64,000 nucleotides of DNA from the human T2T-CHM13v2.0 reference genome, Homo sapiens. Positions within the stretch are counted from its first letter, which is position 1. Every line of letters starts with the position of its first letter. This document shows positions 27,781-42,979 of this stretch, piece after piece. The notes under the pieces were generated by a model. It did not search any database, was not told the origin of the DNA, and was given only the letters and a program-made list of their open reading frames with translations. Position numbers and translations under genes: made by a program. The stretch is from assembly GCF_009914755.1 (NCBI RefSeq), contig NC_060933.1; one strand, given 5' to 3'.

Positions 27781-30700
27781 GGAATCATCCGGAATGGAAT
27801 GGAATGGAATGGAATGCCATCAACCTGATGCAATGGAATGGAGTGGAATGGAATGGAATGGAAACATCCCGAATGGAATGGAATGCAATGGAGTGTAAGG
27901 GAATTGAATAGAATCAATCCGAATGTAATGGAATGGAATGGAATGAAATGGAATGGAATGGAATGGAATGGAATCAACCCGAGTGCAATGGAATGGATTC
28001 GAATGGAATGGAATGGAATGGAATGGATTCAACAAGAATGGAATGGAAAGGAATGGAATCAACCCGAGTGTAATGGCATGGAATGGAACGGAATGGAATG
28101 GGATGGAATGGAATGGTATGGAATAGAATGGAATGGAATGAAATGGAATAGAATGGAATGGAATGGAATGGAATGGAATGGAATGAACCCGTGTGCAATG
28201 GAATGGAATGGAATGGAATGGAATGGATTCAACTCGAATGGAATCAACTCGATTGCAATGGAATGGAATGGAATTGAAAGGAATAGAATGGAATCAACCC
28301 GAGTGGAATGGAATGGAAAGGACTGGAATGGAGTGGAATGGAATGGAATGGAATTAACCCGAATAGAATGAAATGGAACGGAATGGAATGGAATGTAATG
28401 GAATGGAATGGAATGGAATCAACCCGAGTGCAGGGGAATGGAATGGAATGGAATGCAATGGAATGGAATCATCCGGAATGGAATGGAATGGAATTTAATG
28501 GAATGGAATGGAATCAACTCGATTTCAATGGAAATGGAATGGAATAGAATGGAATGGAATTAACACGAATAGAATGGAATGGAATGGAATTGAATGGAAC
28601 AGAAAGGAATGGAATGGAATGGAATGGAATCAACCCAAGTGCAGGAGAATGGAATGGAATGGAATTCAATGGAATGGAATCATCCGGAATGGAATGGAAT
28701 GGAATGGAATGGAATGGAATGGAATGGAATGGAATGGAATGGAATGGAATGGAATGGAATCAACCCGAGTGCAATGGAATGGAGAGGAATGGAATGGAAT
28801 GGAATGGAAACTACACGAATCGAATGGAATGTAATGGAGTGTAAGGGAATTGAATAGAATGAATCCGAATGGAATGGAATGGAAAGGAATGGAATGGAAT
28901 GGAATGGAATGGAATGCAATGCCATGGAATCAACCCGAGTGCAATCGAATGGAATCGAATGGAATGGAATGCAATGGAATGGATTCAACTTGAATGGAAT
29001 GGAAAGAATGGAATCAACACGAGTGGAATGGCATGGATTGGAATGGAATGGAATGGAATCAACCCGGGTACAGGGGAATGGAAAGGAATGGAATGAAATG
29101 GAATGGAATCATCCGTAATGTAATGGAAAGGAATGGAATGGAATGGAATGGAATGGAATGGAACGGAACGGAACGGAACGGAACGGAATGGAATGGAATG
29201 GAATGGAATGGAATGCAATGGAATGGAATCAACTCGATTGCAATCGAATGGAATGGAATGGAATTAACCCGAATAGAATGGAATGGAATGGAATGGAATG
29301 GAATGGAACGGAATGGAATGGAATTAACCCGAATAGAATGGAATGGAATTAAATGGAACGGAACGGAATGGAATGGAATGGAATGGAATGGAATGGAATG
29401 GAATGGAATGGAATGGAATCAACCCGACTGCAGGGGAATGGAATGGAATGGATTGCAATGGAATGGATTCAGCTTGAATGGAATGGAAAGAATGGAATCA
29501 ACACGAGTGGAATGGCATGAATTGGAATGGAATGGAATGGAATCAACCCGAGTACAGGGGAATGGAATGGAATGGAATGCAATGGAATGGAATCATCCGT
29601 AATGGAATGGAAAGGAATGGAATGGAATGGAATGGAATGGAATGGAATGGAATGGAATGGAATCAACTCGATTGCAATGGAATGGAATGGAATGGAATTA
29701 ACCCAAATAGAATGGAATGGAATGGAATGGAACGGAACGGAACGGAATGGAATGGAATGGAATGGAATGGAATGGAATGGAACGGAAAGGAATGGAATGG
29801 AACGGAATGGAATGGAATCAACGCGAGTGCAGGGGAATGGAATGGAATGGAATGCAATGGAATGGAATCTTCCGGAATGGAATGGAATGGAATGGAATGG
29901 AATCAACCCGAGTGCAATGGAATGGAGTGGAATGGAATGGAATGGAATGGAACAACCCGAATGGAATGGAATGTAATGGAGAGTAAAGGAGTTGAATAGA
30001 ATCATTCCGAATGTAATGGAATGGAATGGAACGGAATGGAATTGAATGGAATGGAATGGAATGCAATGGAATGGAATCAACCCGAGTGCAATGGAATGGA
30101 GAGGAATGGAATGGAATGGAATGGAAACTACCCGAATGGAATGGAATGTAATGGAGTGTAAGGGAATTGAATAGAATCAATCCGAATGTAATGGAATGGA
30201 ATGGAACGGAATGGAATGGAATGGAATGGAATGGAATGGAATGGAATGGAATCAACCCGAGTGCAATCGAATGGAATCGAATGGAATGCAATGCAATGGA
30301 ATGGATTCAACTTGAATGGAATGGAAAGAATGGAATCAACACGAGTGGAATGGCATGGATTGGAATGGAATGGAATGGAATCAACCCGAGTACAGGGGAA
30401 TGGAATGGAATGGAATGCAATGGAATGGAATCATCCGTAATGGAATGGAAAGGAATGGAATGGAATGGAATCAACTCGATTGCAATCGAATGGAATGGAA
30501 TGGAATTAACCCAAATAGAATGGAATGGAATGGAATGGAACGGAACGGAATGGAATGGAATGGAATGGAATGGAATGGAACGGAACGGAACGGAATGGAA
30601 CGGAATGGAATGGAATGGAATGGAAGGGAATCAACGCGAGTGCAGGGGAATGGAATGGAATGGAATGCAATGGAATGGAATCTTCCGGAATGGAATGGAA

Positions 30701-33700
30701 TGGAATGGAATGGAATGGAATCAACCCGAGTGCAATGGAATGGAGTGGAATGGAATGGAATGGAATGGAACAACCCGAATTGAATGGAATGTAATGGAGA
30801 GTAAGGGAGTTGAATAGAATCAATCCGAATGTAATGGAATGGAATGGAACGGAATGGAATTGAATGGGATGGAATGGAATGCATGGAATGGAGTCAACCC
30901 GAGTTCAACGGAATGGAGAGGAATGGAATGGAATGGAATGGAAACTACCCGAATGGAATGGAATGGAATGGAGTGTAAGGGAATTGAATAGAATCAATCC
31001 GAATGTAATGTAATGTAATGGAATGGAATGGAATGGAATGGAATGGAATGGAATGGAATGCAATGGAATGGAATCAACCCGAGTGCAATCGAATGGAATC
31101 GAATGGAATGGAATGCAATGGAATGGATTCAACTTGAATGGAATGGAAAGAATGGAATCAACACGAGTGGAATGGCATGGATTGGAATGGAATGGAATGG
31201 AATCAACCCGAGTACAGGGGAATGGAATGGAATGAAATGCAATGGAATGGAATCATCCGTAATGGAATGGAAAGGAATGGAATGGAATGGAATGGAATGG
31301 AATGGAATGGAATGGAATGGAATCAACTCGATTGCAATCGAATGGAATGGAATGGAATTAACCCGAATAGAATGGAATGGAATGGAATGGAACGGAACGG
31401 AATGGAATGGAATGGAATGGAACGGAACGGAATGGAATGGAATGGAATGGAATGGAATCAACGCGAGTGCAGGGGAATGGAATGGAATGGAATGCAATGG
31501 AATGGAAACTTCCGGAATGGAATGGAATGGAATGGAATGGAATGGAATGGAATGGAATGCAATCAACCCGACTGCAGGGGAATGGAATGGAATGGAATGG
31601 AATGGAATGGAATGGAATCATCCGGAACGGAATGGAATGGAATGGAATGGAATCAAATCGATTGCAATGGAATGGAATGGAATGGAATGGAATCGAATGG
31701 AATGGAGTGGAATTAACCGGAATAGAATGGAATGGAATGGAATGGAACGGAATGAAATGGAATGGAATGGAATGGAATGGAATGGAATCAACCCGAGTGC
31801 AGGGGAATGGAATGGAATGGAATGCAATGGAATGGAATCATCCGGAATGGAATGGAATGGAATGGAATGCAATCAACCTGATGCAATGGAATGGAGTGGA
31901 ATGGAATGGAATGGAATGGAAACATCCCGAATGGAATGGAATGTAATGGAGTGTAAGGGAATTGAATAGAATCAATCCGAATGTAATGGAATGGAATGGA
32001 ATGAAATGGAATGGAATGGAATGGAATGGAATCAACCCGAGTGCAATGGAATGGATTCGAATGGAATGGAATGGAATGGAATGGATTCAACAAGAATGGA
32101 ATGGAAAGGAATGGAATCAACCCGAGTGTAATGGCATGGAATGGAACGGAATGGAATGGGATGGAATGGAATGGTATGGAATAGAATGGAATGGAATGAA
32201 ATGGAATAGAATGGAATGGAATGGAATGCAATGGAATGAACCCGTGTGCAATGGAATGGAATGGAATGGAATGGAATGGATTCAACTCGAATGGAATCAA
32301 CTCGATTGCAATGGAATGGAATGGAATTGAAAGGAATAGAATGGAATCAACCCGAGTGGAATGGAATGGAAAGGACTGGAATGGAGTGGAATGGAATGGA
32401 ATGGAATTAACCCGAATAGAATGAAATGGAACGGAATGGAATGGAATGTAATGGAATGGAATGGAATGGAATCAACCCGAGTGCAGGGGAATGGAATGGA
32501 ATGGAATGCAATGGAATGGAATCATCCGGAATGGAATGGAATGGAATGGAATGGAATGGAATGGAATCAACTCGATTTCAATGGAAATGGAATGGAATAG
32601 AATGGAATGGAATTAACACGAATAGAATGGAATGGAATGGAATTGAATGGAACAGAAAGGAATGGAATGGAATGGAATGGAATCAACCCAAGTGCAGGGG
32701 AATGGAATGGAATGGAATTCAATGGAATGGAATCATCCGGAATGGAATGGAATGGAATGGAATGGAATGGAATGGAATGGAATGGAATCAACCCGAGTGC
32801 AATGGAATGGAGAGGAATGGAATGGAATGGAATGGAAACTACACGAATCGAATGGAATGTAATGGAGTGTAAGGGAATTGAATAGAATGAATCCGAATGG
32901 AATGGAATGGAAAGGAATGGAATGGAATGAAATGGAATGGAATGCAATGCCATGGAATCAACCCGAGTGCAATCGAATGGAATCGAATGGAATGGAATGC
33001 AATGGAATGGATTCAACTTGAATGGAATGGAAAGAATGGAATCAACACGAGTGGAATGGCATGGATTGGAATGGAATGGAATGGAATCAACCCGAGTACA
33101 GGGGAATGGAATGGAATGGAATGAAATGGAATGGAATCATCAGTAATGTAATGGAAAGGAATGGAATGGAATGGAATGGAATCAACTCTATTGCAATCGA
33201 ATGGAATGGAATGGAATTAACCTGAATAGAATGGAATGGAATGGAATGGAATGGAACGGAACGGAACGGAACGGAACGGAATGGAATGGAATGGAATGGA
33301 ATGGAATGGAATGCAATGGAATCAACTGATTGCAATGGAATGGAATGGAATGGAATGGAATGGAATGGAATGGAATCAACCCGACTGCAGGGGAATGGAA
33401 TGGAATGGATTGCAATGGAATGGATTCAACTTGAATGGAATGGAAAGAATGGAATCAACACTAGTGGAATGGCATGGATTGGAATGGAATGGAATGGAAT
33501 CAACCCGAGTACAGGGGAATGGAATGGAATGGAATGCAATGGAATGGAATCATCCGTAATGGAATGGAAAGGAATGGAATGGAATGGAATGGAATGGAAT
33601 GGAATGGAATGGAATCAACTCGATTGCAATGGAATGGAATGGAATGGAATTAACCCAAATAGAATGGAATGGAATGGAATGGAACGGAACGGAACGGAAT

Positions 33701-36700
33701 GGAATGGAATGGAATGGAATGGAATGGAACGGAAAGGAATGGAATGGAACGGAATGGAATGGAATGGAATGGAATGGAATCAACGCGAGTGCAGGGGAAT
33801 GGAATGGAATGGAATGCAATGGAATGGAATCTTCCGGAATGGAATGGAATGGAATGGAATGGAATCAACCCGAGTGCAATGGAATGGAGTGGAATGGAAT
33901 GGAATGGAATGGAACAACCCGAATGGAATGGAATGTAATGGAGAGTAAAGTAGTTGAATAGAATCATTCCGAATGTAATGGAATGGAATGGAACGGAATG
34001 GAATTGAATGGAATGGAATGGAATGCAATGGAATGGAATCAACCCGAGTGCAATGGAATGGAGAGGAATGGAATGGAATGGAATGGAAACTACCCGAATG
34101 GAATGGAATGTAATGGAGTGTAAGGGAATTGAATAGAATCAATCCGAATGTAATGGAATGGAATGGAACGGAATGGAATGGAATGGAATGGAATGGAATG
34201 GAATGGAATCAACCCGAGTGCAATCGAATGGAATCGAATGCAATGCAATGCAATGGAATGGATTCAACTTGAATGGAATGGAAAGAATGGAATCAACACG
34301 AGTGGAATGGCATGGATTGGAATGGAATGGAATGGAATCAACCCGAGTACAGGGGAATGGAATGGAATGGAATGCAATGGAATGGAATCATCCGTAATGG
34401 AATGGAAAGGAATGGAATGGAATGGAATCAACTCGATTGCAATCGAATGGAATGGAATGGAATTAACCCAAATAGAATGGAATGGAATGGAATGGAACGG
34501 AACGGAATGGAATGGAATGGAATGGAATGGAATGGAATGGAACGGAACGGAACGGAACGGAATGGAATGGAATGGAATGGAATGGAAAGGAATCAACGCG
34601 AGTGCAGGGGAATGGAATGGAATGGAATGCAATGGAATGGAATCTTCCGGAATGGAATGCAATGGAATGGAATGGAATGGAATGGAATCAACCAGAGTGC
34701 AATGGAATGGAGTGGAATGGAATGGAATGGAATGGAAAAACCCTAATTGTATGGAATGTAATGGAGAGTAAGGGAGTTGAATAGAATCAATCCGAATGTA
34801 ATGGAATGGAATGGAACGGAATGGAATTGAATGGAATGGAATGGAATGCATGGAATGGAATCAACCCGAGTTCAACGGAATGGAGAGGAATGGAATGGAA
34901 TGGAATGGAAACTACCCGAATGGAATGGAATGGAATGGAGTGTAAGGGAATTGAATAGAATCAATCCGAATGTAATGGAATGGAATGGAACGGAATGGAA
35001 TGGAATGGAATGGAATGGAATGGAATGGAATGGAATGCAATGCAATGGAATCAACCCGAGTGCAATCGAATGGAATCGAATGGAATGGAATGCAATGGAA
35101 TGGATTCAACTTGAATGGAATGGAAAGAATGGAATCAACACGAGTGGAATGGCATGGATTGGAATGGAATGGAATGGAATCAACCCGAGTACAGGGGAAT
35201 GGAATGGAATGGAATGCAATGGAATGGAATCATCCGTAATGGAATGGAAAGGAATGGAATGGAATGGAATGGAATGGAATGGAATCAACTCGATTGCAAT
35301 CGAATGGAATGGAATGGAATTAACCCGAATAGAATGGAATGGAATGGAATGGAACGGAACGGAATGGAATGGAATGGAATGGAATGGAATGGAACGGAAA
35401 GGAAGGGAATGGAATGGAATAGAATGCAATGGAATGGAATCAACGCGAGTGCAGGGGAATGGAATGGAATGGAATGCAATGGAATGGAATCTTCCGGAAT
35501 GGAATGGAATGGAATGGAATGGAATGGAATGGAATGGAATCAACCCTAGTGCAATGGAATGGAGTGGAATGGAATGGAATGGAATGGAACAACCCGAATG
35601 GAATGGAATGTAATGGAGAGTAAGGGAGTTGAATAGAATCAATCCGAATGTAATGGAATGGAATGGAACGGAATGGAATTGAATGGAATGGAATGGAATG
35701 CAATGGAATGGAATCAACCCGAGTGCAATGGAATGGAGAGGAATGGAATGGAATGGAATGGAAACTACCCGAATGGAATGGAATGTAATGGAGTGTAAGG
35801 GAATTGAATAGAATCAATCCGAATGTAATGGAATGGAATGGAACGGAATGGAATGGAATGGAATGGAATGGAATGGAATGGAATGGAATGCAATGGAATG
35901 GAATCAACCCGAGTGCAATCGAATGGAATCGAATGGAATGGAATGCAATGGAATGGATTCAACTTGAGTGGAATGGAAAGAATGGAATCAACACGAGTGG
36001 AATGGCATGGATTGGAATGGAATGGAATGGAATCAACCCGAGTACAGGGGAATGGAATGGAATGGAATGCAATGGAATGGAATCATCCGTAATGGAATGG
36101 AAAGGAATGGAATGGAATGGAATGGAATGGAATGGAATGGAATCAACTCGATTGCAATCGAATGGAATGGAATGGAATTAACCCGAATAGAATGGAATGG
36201 AATGCAATGGAACGGAACGGAATGGAATGGAATGGAATGGAACGGAACGGAATGGAATGGAATGGAATGGAATGGAATCAACGCGAGTGCAGGGGAATGG
36301 AATGGAATGGAATGCAATGGAATGGAAACTTCCGGAATGGAATGGAATGGAATGGAATGGAATGGAATGGAATGGAGTGGAATCAACCCGACTGCAGGGG
36401 AATGGAATGGAATGGAATGGAATGGAATCATCCGGAACGGAATGGAATGTAATGGAATGGAATCAAATCGATTGCAATGGAATGGAATGGAATGGAATGG
36501 AATCGAATGGAATGGAGTGGAATTAACCGGAATAGAATGGAATGGAATGGAATGGAACGGAATGAAATGGAATGGAATGGAATGGAATGGAATGGAATCA
36601 ACCCGAGTGCAGGGGAATGGAATGGAATGGAATGCAATGGAATGGAATCATCCGGAATGGAATGGAATTTAATGGAATGCAATCAACCTGATGCAATTGA

Positions 36701-39240
36701 ATGGAGTGGAATGGAATGGAATGGAATGGAAACATCCCGAATGGAATGGAATGTAATGGAGTGTAAGGGAATTGAATAGAATCAATCCGAATGTAATGGA
36801 ATGGAATGGAATGAAATGGAATGGAATGGAATAGAATGGAATCAACCCGAGTGCAATGGAATGGATTCGAATGGAATGGAATGGAATGGAATGGATTCAA
36901 CAAGAATGGAATGGAAAGGAATGGAATCAACCCGAGTGTAATGGCATGGAATGGAACGGAATGGAATGGGATGGAATGGAATGGTATGGAATAGAATGGA
37001 ATGGAATGAAATGGAATAGAATGGAATGGAATGGAATGGAATGGAATGAACCCGTGTGCAATGGAATGGAATGGAATGGAATGGAATGGATTCAACTCGA
37101 ATGGAATCAACTCGATTGCAATGGAATGGAATGGAATTGAAAGGAATAGAATGGAATCAACCCGAGTGGAATGGAATGCAAAGGACTGGAATGGAGTGGA
37201 ATGGAATGGAATGGAATTAACCCGAATAGAATGAAATGGAACGGAATGGAATGAAATGTAATGGAATGGAATGGAATGGAATCAACCCGAGTGCAGGGGA
37301 ATGGAATGGAATGGAATGCAATGGAATGGAATCATCCGGAATGGAATGGAATGGAATGGAATGGAATGGAATGGAATCAACCCGACTGCAGGGGAATGGA
37401 ATGGAATGGAATGCAATGGAATGGATTCAACTTGAATGGAATGGAAAGAATGGAATCAACACGAGTGGAATGGCATGGATTGGAATGGAATGGAATGGAA
37501 TCAACCCGAGTACAGGGGAATGGAATGCAATGGAATGAAATGGAATGGAATCATCCGTAATGTAATGGAAAGGAATGGAATGGAATGGAATGGAATCAAC
37601 TCTATTGCAATCGAATGGAATGGAATGGAATTAACCCGAATAGAATGGAATGGAATGGAATGGAATGGAACGGAACGGAACGGAACGGAATGGAATGGAA
37701 TGGAATGGAATGGAATGCAATGCAATGGAATCAACTGATTGCAATGGAATGGAATGGAATGGATTGGAATGGAATGGAATGGAATGGAATGGAATTAACC
37801 CGAATAGAATGGAATGGAATTAAATGGAACGGAACGGAATGGAATGGAATGGAATGGAATGGAATGGAATGGAATGCAATGGAATGGAATCAACCCGACT
37901 GCAGGGGAATGGAATGGAATGGATTGCAATGGAATGGATTCAACTTGAATGGAATGGAAAGAATGGAATCAACACGAGTGGAATGGCATGGATTGGAATG
38001 GAATGGAATGGAATCAACCCGAGTACAGGGGAATGGAATGGAATGGAATGCAATGGAATGGAATCATCCGTAATGGAATGGAAAGGAATGGAATGGAATG
38101 GAATGGAATGGAATGGAATGGAATCAACTCGATTGCAATCGAATGGAATGGAATGGAATTAACCCGAATAGAATGGAATGGAATGGAATGGAACGGAAAG
38201 GAATGGAATGGAACGGAATGGAATGGAATGGAATGGAATGGAATCAACGCGAGTGCAGGGGAATGGAATGGAATGGAATGCAATGGAATGGAATCTTCCA
38301 GAATGGAATGGAATGGAATGGAATGGAATCAACCCGAGTGCAATGGAATGGAGTGGAATGGAATGGAATGGAATGGAACAACCCGAATGGAATGGAATGT
38401 AATGGAGGGTAAAGGAGTTGAATAGAATCATTCCGAATGTAATGGAATGGAATGGAACGGAATGGAATTGGACAGAATGGAATGGAATGCAATGGAATGG
38501 AATCAAACCGAGTGCAATGGAATGGAGACGAATGGAATGGAATGGAATGCAAACTACCCGAATGGAATGGAATGTAATGGAGTGTAAGGGAATTGAATAG
38601 AATCAATCCGAATGTAATGGAATGGAATGGAACGGAATGGAATGGAATGGAATGGAACGGAATGCAATCAACCCGAGTGCAATCGAATGGAATCGAATGG
38701 AATGCAATGCAATGGAATGGATTCAACTTGAATGGAATGGAAAGAATGCAATCAACACGAGTGGAATGGCATGGATTGGAATGGAATGGAATGGAATCAA
38801 CCCGAGTACAGGGGAATGGAATGGAATGGAATGCAATGGAATGGAATCATCCGTAATGGAATGGAAAGGAATGGAATGGAATGGAATGGAATGGAATGGA
38901 ATGGAATCAACTCGATTGCAATCGAATGGAAAGGAATGGAATTAACCCGAATAGAATGGAATGGAATGGAATGGAACGGAACGGAATGGAATGGAATGGA
39001 ATGGAATGGAAAGGAATGGAATGGAATGGAATGGAATGGAATGGATTCAACGCGAGTGCAGGGGAATGGAATGGAATGGAATGCAATGGAATGGAATCTT
39101 CCGGAATGGAATGGAATGGAATGGAATGGAATGGAATGGAATAAACCCGAGTGCAATGGAATGGAGTGGAATGGAATGGAATGGAATGGAACAACCCGAA
39201 TGGAATGGAATGTAATGGAGAGTAAGGGAGTTGAATAGAA
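27641..39240 (+). repeat. Higher-order block family, tandem copies A (27641, 4053 bp), B (31694, 4810 bp) and partial C (from 36504)
   Basis: Same ordered rare words in each copy: TAACCGGAAT, CAACCTGATGC, ACATCCCGAAT (27864/31922/36732), CAACAAGAAT, GAACCCGTGT, CATTCCGAAT. The end of C is approximate. Confidence 0.88.
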
Positions 39241-42200
39241 TCAATCCGAATGTAATGGAATGGAATGCAACGGAATGGAATGGAATGGAATGGAATGGAA
39301 TGCAATGGAATGGAATCAACCCGAGTACAATGGAATGGAATGGAATGGAATGGAATGGAATGGAATGGAATGGAATGATACGGAATAGAATGGAATGGAA
39401 CGAAATGGAATGGAATGGAAAGGAATGGAATGGAATGGAATGGAATCGTTCCGAGTGGAATAGGAGGGAATGTATTCGAGTGGAATGGAAAGGAATGGAA
39501 TCAACCAGAGTGGAATGGAAGGGAATGGAATGGAATGGAAACTAATAGAATGGAATGAACCCGAGTGGCATGGAATGGAAAGGACTGGAATGGAATGGAA
39601 TGGAATGGAATCAACTCGTTTGTAATGGAATGGAATGGAATGGAATGGAATGGAATTAACCCGAATACAATGGAAGGGAATGGAATGGAATGGAAACTAA
39701 TAGAATGGAATCAACCCGAGTGGAATGGAATGGAAAGGACTGGAATGGAATGGAATGCAATGGAATCAACTCGATTGTAATGGAATGGAATGGAATGGAA
39801 TGGAATTAACCCGAATACAATGGAATGGAATGGAATGGAATGGAATGGAATGGAATGGAGTGGAATGGAATGGAATCAACCCGACTGCAGGGGAATGGAA
39901 TGGAATGGAATGCAATGGAATGGAATCATCCGGAATGGAATCGAATGGAATGGAATGCAAAGCAATGGAATCAACTCGATTGCAATGGAATGGAATGGAA
40001 TGGAAAGGAATACATTGGAATCAACCCGAGTGGAATGGAATGGAAAGGACTGGAATGGAGTGGAATGGAATGGAATGCAATGGAATGGAATGGAATGGAA
40101 TCAACTTGATTGGAATGGAATGGAATGGAATGGAATGGAATGGAATGGAATGGAATCAACCCGACTGCAGGGGAATGGAATGGAATGGAATGCAATGGAA
40201 TGGATTCAACTTGAATGGAATGGAAAGAATGGAATCAACACGAGTGGAATGGCATGGATTGGAATGGAATGGAATGGAATCAACCCGAGTACAGGGGAAT
40301 GGAATGGAATGGAATGCAATGGAATGGAATCATCCGTATTGGAATGGAAAGGAATGGAATGGAATGGAATGGAATGGAATGGAATGGAATGGAATGGAAT
40401 CAACTCGATTGCAATCGAATGGAATGGAATGGAATTAACCCGAATAGAATGGAATGGAATGGAATGGAACGGAACGGAATGGAATGGAATGGAATGGAAT
40501 GGAACGGAACGGAACGGAATGGAATGGAATGGAATGGAATGGAATCAACGCGAGTGCAAGGGAATGGAATGGAATGGAATGCAATGGAATGGAATCTTCC
40601 GGAATGGAATGGAATTGAATGGAATGGAAAGGAATGGTATGGAATAAACCCGAGTGCAATGGAATGGAGTGGAATGGAATGGAATGGAATGGAACAACCC
40701 GAATGGAATGGAATGTAATGGAGACTAAGGGAGTTGAATAGAATCAATCCGAATGTAATGGAATGGAATGGAACGGAATGGAATTGAATGGAATGGAATG
40801 GAATGCAATGGAATGGAATCAACCCGAGTGCAATGGAATGGAGAGGAATGGAATGGAATGGAATGGAAACTACCCGAATGGAATGGAATGTAATGGAGTA
40901 TAAGGGAATTGAATAGAATCAATCCGAATGTAATGGAATGGAATGGAACGGAATGGAATGGAATGGAATGGAATGGAATGGAATGGAATGCAATGGAATG
41001 GAATCAACCCGAGTGCAATCGAATGGAATCGAATGGAATGGAATGCAATGGAATGGATTCAACTTGAATGGAATGGAAAGAATGGAATCAACACGAGTGG
41101 AATGGCATGGATTGGAATGGAATGGAATGGAATCAACCCGAGTACAGGAGAATGGAATGGAATGGAATGCAATGGAATGGAATCATCCATAATGGAATGG
41201 AAAGGAATGCAATGGAATAGAATGGAATGGAATGGAATGGAATCAACTCGATTGCAATCGAATGGAATGGAATGGAAGTAACCCGAATAGAATGGAATGG
41301 AATGGAATGGAACGGAACGGAATGGAATGGAATGGAATGGAACGGAACGGAATGGAATGGAATGGAATGGAATGGAATCAACGCGAGTGCAGGGGAATGG
41401 AATGGAAGGGAATGCAATGGAATGGAAACTTTCGGAATGGAATGGAATGGAATGGAATGGAATCAAATGCAATGGATTCAACTCGATTGCAATGGAATGG
41501 AATAGAATGGAATGGAATGGAATGGAATGGAATTAATCCGAATAGAATGGAATGGAATGGAATGGAACGGAATGGAACGGAATGGAATGGAATGGAATGG
41601 AATGGAATGGTATGGAATGGAATGGAATGGTACGGAATAGAATGGAATGGAACGAATTGTAATGGAATGGAATTGAATTGAATGGAATGGAATGGAATGG
41701 AATGGAATCAACGCGAGTGCAGGGGAATGTAATGGAACGGAATGCAATGGAATGGAATCATCCGGAATGGAATGGAATGGAATGGAATGGAATCAACACG
41801 AGTGCAATGGAATGGAGTGGAATGGAATGGAATGGAATGGAACAACCCGAATGGAATGGAATGTAATGGAGAGTAAGGGAGTTGAATAGAATCAATCCGA
41901 ATGTAATGGAATGGAATGCAACGGAATGGAATGGAATGGAATGGAATGGAATGCAATGGAATGGAATCAACCCGAGTACAATGGAATGGAATGGAATGGA
42001 ATGGAATGGAATGGAATGGAATGGATTGCAATGGAATGGAATCAACCCGAGTACAATGGAATGGAATGGAATGGAATGGAATGGAATGGAATGGAATGAT
42101 ACGGAATAGAATGGAATGGAACGAAATGGAATGGAATGGAATGGAATGGAATGGAATGGAATGGAATGGAATGGAATGGAATCGTTCCGAGTGGAATAGG

Positions 42201-42979
42201 AGGGAATGTATTCGAGTGGAATGGAAAGGAATGGAATCAACCAGAGTGGAATGGAAGGGAATGGAATGGAATGGAAACTAATAGAATGGAATCAACCCGA
42301 GTGGAATAGAATGGAAAGGACTGGAATGGAATGGAATGGAATGGAATCAACTCGTTTGTAATGGAATGGAATGGAAAGGAATGGAATGGAATGGAATGTA
42401 ATTAACCCGAATACAATGGAAGGGAATGGAATGGAATGGAAACTAATAGAATGGAATCAACCCGAGTGGAATGGAATGGAAAGGGCTGGAATGGAATGGA
42501 ATGGAATGGAATCAACTCGATTGTAATGGAATGGAATGGAATGCAATGGAATGGAATGGAATGGAATTAACCCGAATACAATGGAATGGAATGGAATGGA
42601 ATGGAATGGAGTGGGATGGAATGGAATCAACCCGAGTGCAGGGGAATGGAATGGAATGGAATGCAATGGAATGGAATCATCCGGAATGGAATGGAATGGA
42701 ATGGAATGCAAAGCAATGGAATCAACTCGATTGCAATGGAATGGAATGGAATGGAAAGGAATAGAATGGAATCAACCCGAGTGTAATGGAATGGAAAGGA
42801 CTGGAATGGAGTGGAATGGAATAGAATGGAATGGAATGGAATCAACTCGATTGTAATGGAATGGAATGGAATGGAATGGAATGGAATTAACCCGAATAGA
42901 ATGGAATGGAATGGAATGGAACGGAATGGAATGGAATGGAATGGAATGGAATGGAATGGAATGGAATGGAATGGAATGG

